DNA of 64,000 bases from a virus. The notes under the pieces were generated by a model. It made no database searches and was not told the origin of the DNA. It saw only the letters and a list, made by a program, of their open reading frames with translations. Position 1 is the first letter of the stretch; every line of letters begins with the position of its first letter. Location: the IMG/VR virus record IMGVR_UViG_3300033150_002805, positions 1 through 64,000 of that record. One strand, written 5' to 3'. Positions 37,231 through 46,210 of this stretch are shown one piece after another. Made by a program: the position numbers and the translations under genes.

Positions 37231-37335
37231 TCAGGATACTGACTAACGGGTAGGAATTCATACCCGATAAATCGAGTGGTTCGAATCCACCTTGGTGGGA
37301 AGCAGGCGACTTCCACCCCCATATTTGTCAATAAT
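37201..37335 (+). ncRNA. Multi-branched RNA containing a tRNA-type T-arm
   Basis: 20-bp closing stem, four inner hairpins including GTGG-TTCGAAT-CCAC. Confidence 0.6.
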
Positions 37336-37495
37336 TAACCAGCTATTAAAATAACTATGAAAAAACAAAAGAAAAAATGTAATTGCCAGTATGAAAAACT
37401 AAAAAGATATTGGGGAACAGAAAAAGGAATAACGCATAATCGGAATTGTCCTCAATTTAAAAGGTCGGTTAAATTAAAAGGATTAAAATAATATT

Positions 37496-37744
37496 ATGAT
37501 GACCAAAGAAGAAGTAGAAAAAAATAAAGTCAACCTCAGGGAAGCCAACCTCAGGAAAGCCGACCTCAGGGAAGCCAACCTCAGAGGAGCCGACCTTAGG
37601 GAAGCCAACCTCAGAGGAGCCGACCTTAGGGAAGCCGACCTTAGGGAAGCCGACTTCAGGGGAGTCGACCTCGAGAGAGCTAAAATAAATAAATCTCAAA
37701 TAAAGGATTTATTAAAAACACTTGGTGTTATAATTATGGATTAA
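37496..37744 (+). CDS. Pentapeptide repeat protein
   Basis: A[DN]LR[EGK] repeats, about 11 units. Confidence 0.85.
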   Translation: MMTKEEVEKNKVNLREANLRKADLREANLRGADLREANLRGADLREADLREADFRGVDLERAKINKSQIKDLLKTLGVIIMD

Positions 37745-37879
37745 AAAAAAGGTTGGTTAAAAAATTAAACAAAGAGTATGAAACATCTATCATCAAGATA
37801 AAAAAGAGATTTAAAAATTACCACCTAAAATAATAATCAACTACTCAAATCCGAATAAATAAGGAGGCGAGATAATAAG

Positions 37880-38221
37880 ATGTTTAAGTGGCAAAAACAA
37901 CTAAAACAACTAAAAGAAAAAGAGCAGGAGCTTCAACTAAAAGAAAAAGAGCAAGAGTTGAAAAAGGAATGGTGGAACAGAGTATTTGATGAACGAGAAA
38001 AAAATCTATCAGTTGAGATTAAGAGAAAAATAAAGGAGAAAGAAATAGAACTATTGGAAGCCAAGAATGATACTGAATTAAGACTTACCAAAGAAAAGTT
38101 TGAAGCAATTTTAAAGGTCAAAGACGATACGATTAAAAGATTAGAAGAAGAAATTAAAGTTTTAATCGCAAAACTTCCCGAAGTCAATTTAAAAGATTTC
38201 AATTTTACGATTAAAAAATAA
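37880..38221 (+). CDS. Coiled-coil hypothetical protein
   Basis: ORF track; AGGAGG upstream. Confidence 0.6.
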   Translation: MFKWQKQLKQLKEKEQELQLKEKEQELKKEWWNRVFDEREKNLSVEIKRKIKEKEIELLEAKNDTELRLTKEKFEAILKVKDDTIKRLEEEIKVLIAKLPEVNLKDFNFTIKK

Positions 38222-38224
38222 ATT

Positions 38225-39869
38225 ATGTATCTGTATGATATAAATTATCCATCGTATCGGGCAATATATTATGGTGCATGGAATACAACTCCTCCTTCAA
38301 TAGAAATAAAGAAAGGTCAAGAGAATTATTATCAGAATCTCTTAAAGTTTTATCAAAAAGCTCGTCCACAATTTTTCAAAGAAAATAACCTTGAAGAACG
38401 ACCAATTGGTGAGATTTTATGGAATTTAACTCATTGATTTCTCTAAGAAAAAAACTCTAAATAAACCCTATGAAGAAAGAAAAGAAAATTAAGCCAATTA
38501 TGAAGATAAAAGAAAAAAATAGATATTGGATAAAAAAACCAGAAAGTTTTTTATATGTAATGGCAGTAGTGGGAGATTATTGGGTCGGTTGGGTGGAGAA
38601 TTTAAATTGGCTATGGGTTTTAGGAAGATGGGAAGGAGTATATAGAAACGGAATAGGAGCTGGCTCAGAAGAAGGAATAGGGTGGACTATGAGCTTAAAA
38701 GAGGCTTCTAAAAGATATAGTCATCACAAATTAACTAAAGTTGAAAACAAAATAATTGGTAAAATTTTTATAGATAAAGAAGATTTTGCTAAATTATTAA
38801 AAATTCAAAAATCTAAATAAACCTATGGAAAGACAAAAAAAGTTCCCAAAATTTATTAAAAATGTTCCTTATGAAATAAAATGGGTAGATACATTTGGGT
38901 ATTCTGGTTGGTTTAGTGAAGAAGAAATAGATAAAAGGATTAAACATCCAGCAACCAGTTTAACAATAGGATATTTTGTTAAAGAGAGGAATGGATTTAT
39001 CGTTTTAGCGATGGGTCAAGAAATAGAAGACAAGAGTTTTTTGCCTTATAATTCTCCTAAATTTATACCGAGAGGATATATTAAATCAATTAGAAAATGT
39101 GTCTTCCCAACCAGAAAAACTAAATAAACCTTATGAGAGAAGCAAAAAAAATTAAAATGGGAAAATTATACGGGAAAGATGTAGAAGTTAAACTTAAAAA
39201 AGGCGAAACTTTACACTTTCCTGTAATGTTGCCTTTTGAAAGATTTAGCAATTCTCCCTGGAAAGAGATGCTGAAAATATCTAAGAAATACAAGATTCCC
39301 CTTGAAAAATTGAGATACAAAAGAGAGATATTTTATCTCAAAGGATGGGAAGATGGAGCAGAAATAAGTTATACTAAATAAACCTATGAAAGATGAAGAA
39401 TTAAGTAAAGAAATAATAGATACTACTCATAATTCGGATAATGAAGTATGGACGGGATGTAAACATAAATGGCGATTGTTAATTTTTTGGAGAGACGGCG
39501 GACAGGTATTATATTGGGAATGTGAAAGGTGTGGAGAAACAAAATCTTATTGTGAGTGGAGTTGTGTTTAATTAAAAAACTATGAGATACGATACAGCAG
39601 GAAATCCAATAAAAGAGCCTCTTGATGGTTGTGATTGTGGCTTAACTGGAGGTTGTGAAAAATGTAATCCTGATTTATTTGGATTCAAAATAAAGACCAA
39701 GATATGGTTGAAAGAAAATGAGTGGGGATTTTTGCCACCAAAGACCATTGAAATTGATAAAGTTATTGATATGTTAAGAGAGATAGAAAAACAAGCGATT
39801 CCTTCTGATGTGGATATTCCAGATGATTTTATTTGGGAAATAGCAATGAGGTATAAGATTAAACCCTAA
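38225..39869 (+). CDS. Run of six small hypothetical genes (38225-38437, 38470-38820, 38825-39127, 39133-39381, 39386-39571, 39582-39869)
   Basis: Tightly packed ORFs; four begin at the CTAAATAAACCTATG junction motif. Confidence 0.6.
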
Positions 39870-39913
39870 CCAAAACCTAAATTATGAGAAAAGAAAAGAA
39901 AATATAATGGTTT

Positions 39914-40858
39914 ATGTTTAAAATTCAAACCAAAACGTTTCGTGATATTTGGCAAAAAGATGCAAGAATAGAAAAAATAAGAAAAGTGTTAATCCCTAAA
40001 ATAAATAGAAGTTTAGCCCATTCAAAAATTAAATTTGATAGCCAAGATTTAGAACATCAAGTTCTTTTTAGAATGACAACTAGTCTTGATTTTCAAAAAG
40101 CGTTTGAAGAACAAAGATACATTGTAATTGAAAGAATGAAAAATACTCAAGTAAAACCTAATCAATTATTTTGTTTCGGCTTTAAAAGAAAAGACGAATG
40201 GTATGTAAAATGGGGAAAGCGTAGAGAAAAATTATATGCTATACATGAATCAGGAAAAAAAAGAGAAATTATTTTTAAAGAATTAACAGAAAGCTATAGC
40301 CATATTTTTAATGACTATCATTATATTCATTGTTCAAGAGGAAACGGAATGACATTTGGATTTTTTCTAAAAGGTAAAAAATATCCCTTTGCTATTGAAC
40401 AAGTTGAACCTTGTTCAGAAAGTAGTGATTATAAAAAAGCGGTGTTGATGTTATTAGGCATAAATTATAATATGGCAGTAGAGTTAACAAGATTTTATTC
40501 TGTTCCCAATACTCCCAAAAATCTTATTGGAATTCTCGATAAGTTGGTAGGAAGGGCTTTAAGAGATAAAGGATATGAATATATGATGACGGCAGTAATG
40601 CCAGCTTTTGCTAAAACTAAAGCTACCACTATAGCTGGAGGAATAAATAAACCTATTTTTGCTAAAAGATTAAAACTACAATTTTATAAAAGATCAGATG
40701 GCAGGTTTCAACTATGCGTTAATAGAAATAAACCAAAAAACGCGGAAATAATTCAAAGCAAATGGGAATTGTTTCCTGTAATTGAAATGATTAAACCATT
40801 GCTTAAAGGTTTAAAAATCAATATAGACAAAAATAAATTATATTATATATGGCAATAG
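39914..40858 (+). CDS. Mom-like GNAT-fold protein (possible DNA modification enzyme)
   Basis: YHYIH and ELTRFYSVPNTPKNLIG resemble Mom-family HY / EL.R....P.N motifs. Confidence 0.4.
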   Translation: MFKIQTKTFRDIWQKDARIEKIRKVLIPKINRSLAHSKIKFDSQDLEHQVLFRMTTSLDFQKAFEEQRYIVIERMKNTQVKPNQLFCFGFKRKDEWYVKWGKRREKLYAIHESGKKREIIFKELTESYSHIFNDYHYIHCSRGNGMTFGFFLKGKKYPFAIEQVEPCSESSDYKKAVLMLLGINYNMAVELTRFYSVPNTPKNLIGILDKLVGRALRDKGYEYMMTAVMPAFAKTKATTIAGGINKPIFAKRLKLQFYKRSDGRFQLCVNRNKPKNAEIIQSKWELFPVIEMIKPLLKGLKINIDKNKLYYIWQ

Positions 40859-41361
40859 AAATAGAATTGAAATTTAAAGTAAGAAATTTAGATAATTTAT
40901 GGAAAAAACTCAAAGGAGCAGAACCAAATATTTTGTACATTCACGATGAAGTTTTTGGTAAAAAGAGAATTGATTATAAGATAAGAAAAAGAACCGAAAT
41001 TTCTGCAAAGGGAATAAATGTCGAACATCAAAGAACAATTCCAGTTAAGAATAAAGATAAAACTAAAAAAATTATAGAAGAAACCATTAACAGATTGCCA
41101 AACAGTTTTAAAAGTGAGAATTCTTATGAAAAGATAAGATTTTTATTTAAGCGAGGAGGGTGTGAGGTTAGTGTTGATTTTTATCCAATAGGCGTTTATT
41201 GCGAAATAGAAGGAAATGAAAAGAAAATTAAAAAGCTGGCAAAAAAGTTAGGATTTGATTTAGAAAAAAGTATCAAGAAAAATGTTGATTTGATTTATTG
41301 TGATTGGTGTAAAAAAAGAAATAGAAAACCAAGATTACACTGGGGTTTTGGGAAAATATAA
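40849..41361 (+). CDS. CYTH-domain protein
   Basis: IEIELKF (ExExK), YEKIR, VSVD, YCEIEG. Confidence 0.75.
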   Translation: MAIEIELKFKVRNLDNLWKKLKGAEPNILYIHDEVFGKKRIDYKIRKRTEISAKGINVEHQRTIPVKNKDKTKKIIEETINRLPNSFKSENSYEKIRFLFKRGGCEVSVDFYPIGVYCEIEGNEKKIKKLAKKLGFDLEKSIKKNVDLIYCDWCKKRNRKPRLHWGFGKI

Positions 41362-41523
41362 TAATTATGGAAAAAGAAACAATTAAAAAAGAGATAATGA
41401 ACATAGTTAGTGTTCCACTCGAAGCCGAAGGAGAAACGGGCTATTTAAAATTAACAGACGAAGAAATTGATAGAGTGTGGATTTATTCTACCAAACCTTC
41501 CAATCTAAAAACTAAATAAAACT

Positions 41524-42036
41524 ATGAAGAGAGAAATTGACCTAACAACTTGGAAATGTGCTAATCCACCAAAAAAAGGAAAAGGTCAAGCATTTCCTTC
41601 AAGGTTTTTAAGAAATTTAGAAAGATTTTATCCTACAAAAAATAAGGAAGTTTTGTGGATGTTCGCTGGAAATATAAGACCAAGTGAGAGCAATGATACT
41701 AACGATATTCGTCCAAAAACCAAACCAACTTACTGTTGTGATTTTAGAGAAATTCCTGAAACTAAAAAATATGATGTTATTATTGCCGACCCACCATATA
41801 ATAAGTTATTTGCTAAAGAGTGGAAAAACGATTTGCCGAAACCGAAACATATTGTAGAAAAATCAGCTAAATTACTTAAAAAAAATGGATTATTACTTCT
41901 ACTTCATATAATTGTGATTCCTGCTTATGAAAAGCAAACTGGATTTGAAAGAATTGCTCTTCACCCTATTTTATGCGGAGCTGGTAATGCTATTAGGGTG
42001 TTAAATGTTTTTCAAAAAAAAAGATTGTTTAACTAA
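41524..42036 (+). CDS. Amino-methyltransferase (DPPY)
   Basis: LWMFAG, YDVIIADPPY, LKKNG. Confidence 0.7.
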   Translation: MKREIDLTTWKCANPPKKGKGQAFPSRFLRNLERFYPTKNKEVLWMFAGNIRPSESNDTNDIRPKTKPTYCCDFREIPETKKYDVIIADPPYNKLFAKEWKNDLPKPKHIVEKSAKLLKKNGLLLLLHIIVIPAYEKQTGFERIALHPILCGAGNAIRVLNVFQKKRLFN

Positions 42037-42044
42037 ATAAAACT

Positions 42045-42302
42045 ATGACTAAAAGAAAAGAGGAGAAAATCAAAGCGTGGGCAATAATAAGTCAGTCAAG
42101 AAAAAATCCCTGTATGATAGAAACTGCTTGGGATTTATTGGGAGAAGATAATGAATTTTATACCCCATTAGCAGTTTTTAGTAGTAGACAAGAGGCGAAA
42201 GAGTATCTAGATTACAGAAATGGAGGAAAGTCTATTTATCCTTGTTCACCAAGATTAAAAATAATTAGGGTAGAAATAATCTATAACCAACCAAAAAACT
42301 AA
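42045..42302 (+). CDS. Hypothetical protein
   Basis: ORF between two junction motifs. Confidence 0.55.
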   Translation: MTKRKEEKIKAWAIISQSRKNPCMIETAWDLLGEDNEFYTPLAVFSSRQEAKEYLDYRNGGKSIYPCSPRLKIIRVEIIYNQPKN

Positions 42303-42327
42303 ATAAACCTATGAAGAAAGAAAAAAT

Positions 42328-43017
42328 ATGAAACCGTATTACGAAAAAAATGGACAAACAATTTTTCATGGAGATTGTCTCAAAATAATGAAGCAGTTTT
42401 CCGATAAGAGTTTTGACCTCTGCCTTACCGACCCACCATATGGAATAAGTCAAAAAAGTGGTGGTTTTAGAGGCAAGGAGTTAGATTTTGGAAAATGGGA
42501 TAAGTTTACAAAAAAACAATTAAAAAATTTATTAAGACAGATTATTAGAGTAATCAGAGGAACTATTTTTATGTTCTGTAGTGCAGAGCAATTATCGTTT
42601 TTATTAACAGAATTGAAGAAAAAAGATTTTTTAACTAGACAGCTCATATGGTATAAACCTACTGCTTTTTCAATGAATGCTGACAAAATGTATATGTGGG
42701 CAACTGAAAATATTATTTGGGCAAAAAAGAGGAAAGCAAAATTTAATCCACGACTTAAAAGAAATTTATTTGTTTGTAATTCGGAATCAAATCAAAGATG
42801 GCATAAGACTCAAAAACCCATTAAACTGATTAAAGAATTTATTTTAGATGCCACTGATGAAAACGATACTATCCTTGACCCCTTCATGGGAAGTGGTACA
42901 ACTCTTGTCGCTGCCAGACAACTTGGCAGGAAAGCGGTGGGAATAGAAATCAATCAAAAATATTGTGAGATAGCTAAACAAAGGTTGAGACAAGAAACTC
43001 TTAATTTAAAATCATAA
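42328..43017 (+). CDS. N4/N6 DNA methyltransferase (beta class)
   Basis: GDCL, LTDPPY, HKTQKP, ILDPFMGSGTT, GIEIN..YC. Confidence 0.9.
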   Translation: MKPYYEKNGQTIFHGDCLKIMKQFSDKSFDLCLTDPPYGISQKSGGFRGKELDFGKWDKFTKKQLKNLLRQIIRVIRGTIFMFCSAEQLSFLLTELKKKDFLTRQLIWYKPTAFSMNADKMYMWATENIIWAKKRKAKFNPRLKRNLFVCNSESNQRWHKTQKPIKLIKEFILDATDENDTILDPFMGSGTTLVAARQLGRKAVGIEINQKYCEIAKQRLRQETLNLKS

Positions 43018-43021
43018 AATT

Positions 43022-43492
43022 ATGAAAAAAGAGAAAAAGAAAAAAATTATAGATAGATTTTATAAAAAATACAACAAAGAAAGAAGAGCCAAAGATGGAT
43101 ATTGGTTAATTCCTCCCGAGATTTACGAACCCCTAAAAAAAGAATTTAATTTCGATTTCGATCCTTGTCCAAATCCAAGACCAAAAAATTTTAATGGGTT
43201 AAAAGTAGAATGGGGTAAATCAAATTGGGTTAACCCCCCCCCATTCTGGGCAGGAATTACGGCTTGGGTTAGAAAAGCTATAGAGGAACAGAAAAAAGGT
43301 AAAACTTCTGTTTTAATTTTGCCACTCGATAATTGGGTTAATTTATTGTTCCAAGCGAAAGCACAAATAAGACCGCTAGGATTTCACGAGTGGGTGCATA
43401 CCAAAGATAAATCAAGAAGAAAAGCACCAAGACCATCATTTTTATTTATTTTAAAACCTGAATCAAAAAAATCGAAAGATTTAAAACAATAA
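43022..43492 (+). CDS. Phage Dam-type N6-adenine methyltransferase
   Basis: W..PP, FNFDFDPCP, GLKVEWG...VNPPPF. Confidence 0.75.
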   Translation: MKKEKKKKIIDRFYKKYNKERRAKDGYWLIPPEIYEPLKKEFNFDFDPCPNPRPKNFNGLKVEWGKSNWVNPPPFWAGITAWVRKAIEEQKKGKTSVLILPLDNWVNLLFQAKAQIRPLGFHEWVHTKDKSRRKAPRPSFLFILKPESKKSKDLKQ

Positions 43493-43712
43493 ACCATATT
43501 CTAGATTTGACCCGAAAATCCAAAAATGGCATAATAGATTCCTAAATCATATAAATTAAACCAACTAATAATTTCTGAAGAAAGAAGTTTTCAAATTCAA
43601 AACAACAAGGAATAAAATAAGTAAGAGAGTTATTTGGAAAGTATGAATCTTTCAACTTTCCAATTAGCCCTTTTACAAATGAAAAAAGAAGTGGCTAAAG
43701 AAAGGAGAGAAT

Positions 43713-43880
43713 ATGTTTGTTTTGAGGGTGTTACTTCCGTTAAAATGTTCTGAATGTCATAGTAGAGAGTTTAAAGTTTCCATTATCAGATATAATCCTG
43801 TTTTAATGAATATTTTTTGTGTTAAATGTAATAAACGATGGGTTTATGATGAAAAAAAGTTAGTTGAAAAAAGGAGGTAG
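43713..43880 (+). CDS. 55-aa zinc-ribbon protein (below ORF-track cutoff)
   Basis: CSEC...CVKC; SD AAGGAG upstream. Confidence 0.55.
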   Translation: MFVLRVLLPLKCSECHSREFKVSIIRYNPVLMNIFCVKCNKRWVYDEKKLVEKRR

Positions 43881-43881
43881 T

Positions 43882-44061
43882 ATGATGTCTGAGTCTCTTC
43901 AATTTCCGATGAATTGCCAATTTTGTGGAAATAAAACTAAGTTTATTATCTATAAGTTTAATAATCACTATTTTTTGAGATGCGGTGTTTGTAATCGAAT
44001 ATTGATGTCTGTTCCTGAAAAAGTTATTGAGGTTATCACTGTTGAAGAAAAGCCACCATAA
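43882..44061 (+). CDS. Zinc-ribbon protein
   Basis: CQFC...CGVC; SD AGGAGG upstream. Confidence 0.6.
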   Translation: MMSESLQFPMNCQFCGNKTKFIIYKFNNHYFLRCGVCNRILMSVPEKVIEVITVEEKPP

Positions 44062-44066
44062 TAAAC

Positions 44067-44100
44067 ATTGTGAGGAAGTGATAACTCACTTCCTCACAAT
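44067..44100. other. Perfect 15-bp hairpin
   Basis: ATTGTGAGGAAGTGA-TAAC-TCACTTCCTCACAAT. Confidence 0.7.
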
Positions 44101-44404
44101 CTTAATATATGAAACCACCATTAAGCAAAAGGTACTCTGATGATTTTCAAACTCCACCAGAGGCTCTTAGACCACTCATCCCGTTTTTGAAAAAGGGTTG
44201 GATAATTTGGGAATGTGCAGAAGGCAAAGGCAATTTATCTCAATCTTTGTGGAGAAAGGGATTTGAGGTAATAGGCTCTGATGTGATTGGAGACAAATTT
44301 GAGAGAACAAAATTGATTGTGGAACCAATGAAAAATGGTTATCAACAATGGAGAGGAGCTGATTTTTTAAAATGGAAGCCCGAAATTTTTAATTGTATAA
44401 TTAC

Positions 44405-45802
44405 AAAGATTTAACCGAGAAAGCTCCCGAATTTATTCGTAGAGATGAATCGGAAAGTTCTTTAAGGGTTTGACACATATTGTTGATAGAGCGATAATGA
44501 ATGTAGCGGTTAGGTCATTTTTTATGCCCGCCAAGACCTAACCGTTAAGGCGGGCACTTAATTATAAGACCATGCCAAAAGGAGTTTATAAACATAAAAG
44601 AAAATCGAAATTAGATTTAATTAAAAAGGGGAGAATAAGCGAATGGAATACCATTTGGTAAAAAAATATGAAAAAAACATTTCAGTATAGAATTAAACCA
44701 AATCTTCAAACTTATCAAAAAGCAGAAAAATGGCTTTCTCTTTGTCGTCAACTATACAATAATTGTCTTAATGAAAGGATAATTGCTTATCAAGAAAACA
44801 AGAAATCAATCTCTCAATATAATCAGATGAAAAGACTTCCTCAATTGAAGAAAGTATTTCCAGAGTATAAACAAGTCAATTCTCAAACCCTTCAAGATGT
44901 GATACAGAGATTAGATAAAGCTTTTCAGGGATTTTTCAGAAGAGTTAAATCTAAAAATGGTAAGGCAGGATTTCCAAGGTTCAAAGGGCAAAATAGATAT
45001 GATTCATTCACTCTTAAACAAACAGGATGGAAACTTCAGAATCAAAATAACTATTTGGAAATAAAGAACATTGGCAAATTTAAGATTTTTCTCTCCAGAC
45101 CAATTGAAGGCGATGTTAAAACAATAACTATCCGCAGAACTTCAACTAATAAATGGTTTGTCTCTTTTGCTTGCGAGAATGTTCCTCAAAAAATACTTCC
45201 CAAAACAGGAAAAGAAATTGGAATTGATATGGGTTGTCAGTCATTTCTGACCGATTCTAATGGCAATAAAATTAACAATCCAAGATTTTTCAAAAAATCT
45301 CAGGATATTCTTAAAATGAGACAGCAAAGACTTTCTCAAAAAGTTAAAGGCTCTAATCGTAGAAATAAAGCAAGATTATTGGTAGCTAAAATTCACGAGA
45401 AAATTTCTAATCAACGGAAGAATTTTCACTTCAAAATAGCAAATAAACTAATTAAAGAAAACGATAAAATCTATATTGAAAAGTTAAATTCTTTTAAATC
45501 TTTTAGAAGTCTAAATAAATCAATAAAAGATGTAGCTTGGTTTCAGTTCTTTAATATTCTTGCTTTCAAAGCGGAGGAGGCTGGGAAGCAAGTTATTAAG
45601 GTTCCAGCTAAAAATACATCTCAAGTCTGTTCCAAATGCGGAAAGATAGTAGAAAAAGATTTGTCTGTCCGTATTCATAAATGTCCTTTTTGTGGATTAG
45701 AAACAGACCGTGATTGGAATTCAGCTTTAAATATTCTTAGGCTCGGGCAGAGCCTTCGGTTAATCCCGAGAATCTCCTGACTTCAGTCAAGGAGAGTGTC
45801 AA
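44405..45802 (+). mobile_element. Non-autonomous IS200/IS605-family element (tnpB only)
   Basis: Inserted 3' of TTAC; left end has AAAG at +16..19 then a hairpin; right end GAAT-hairpin-GTGTCAA (IS608-type geometry); no tnpA. Confidence 0.88.
44668..45780 (+). CDS. tnpB: TnpB RNA-guided nuclease
   Basis: CRQLYN, GFPRFK, RuvC IGIDMG / IYIEKL / DRDWNSALNI, Zn finger CSKC..CPFC. Confidence 0.93.
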   Translation: MKKTFQYRIKPNLQTYQKAEKWLSLCRQLYNNCLNERIIAYQENKKSISQYNQMKRLPQLKKVFPEYKQVNSQTLQDVIQRLDKAFQGFFRRVKSKNGKAGFPRFKGQNRYDSFTLKQTGWKLQNQNNYLEIKNIGKFKIFLSRPIEGDVKTITIRRTSTNKWFVSFACENVPQKILPKTGKEIGIDMGCQSFLTDSNGNKINNPRFFKKSQDILKMRQQRLSQKVKGSNRRNKARLLVAKIHEKISNQRKNFHFKIANKLIKENDKIYIEKLNSFKSFRSLNKSIKDVAWFQFFNILAFKAEEAGKQVIKVPAKNTSQVCSKCGKIVEKDLSVRIHKCPFCGLETDRDWNSALNILRLGQSLRLIPRIS

Positions 45803-46210
45803 AACTTTCGAAACAAGAAAACGTCAAAAGTTATTTAAAAAAAATGGAATTGAAGTAATTTTATTCGATAAGAGAATAAATTTTGAAACTCCGAGTGGAA
45901 AAGGCTCGGGTAGCTGGTTCGCCTCAGCTTGGTTCACGAATTGGTTAAACATTGGTAGACAATTAACCTTTGTGAATCTGTGAATTTGTTCAAATGAAAA
46001 TTGTTCGAGAAAAAAATAAATTAGGATTTAAAGAAAATAACTTGTTTAAGAAAAAGAGCCAGATTTTTTTTAAATCTGGCTTAAGAAAGGTAATGGCAGA
46101 ACCTTTGAAAGGACTATCTCATTTTAACAAAATCAAATCATGTGTCAAGAGGATTACCAACCTTTTGGAAAAATGCTTAACAATTAAACGAAATATGAAT
46201 ATAATGAATA

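Larger units (their letters stand above)
44109..45983 (+). pseudogene. Adenine methyltransferase disrupted by IS insertion (44109-44404 + 45803-45983), lacking the NPPY segment
   Basis: DDFQTP, IWECAEGKG, DFL..CIIT | TFETRKRQKLF..DKRINF..SWFASAWF. Confidence 0.8.

Noticed and set aside
37260-37325. Canonical tRNA gene
   Set aside because: T-arm present but no D-arm or anticodon geometry, and an extra arm after the T-arm; kept as an ncRNA finding
37469-37699. (EVGFP)n minus-strand ORF
   Set aside because: Antisense of the pentapeptide repeat gene
44405-45802. IStron (group I intron-IS hybrid) that would splice out of the MTase
   Set aside because: No group I core sequences; element ends in TCAA rather than G; host gene lacks its catalytic motif anyway
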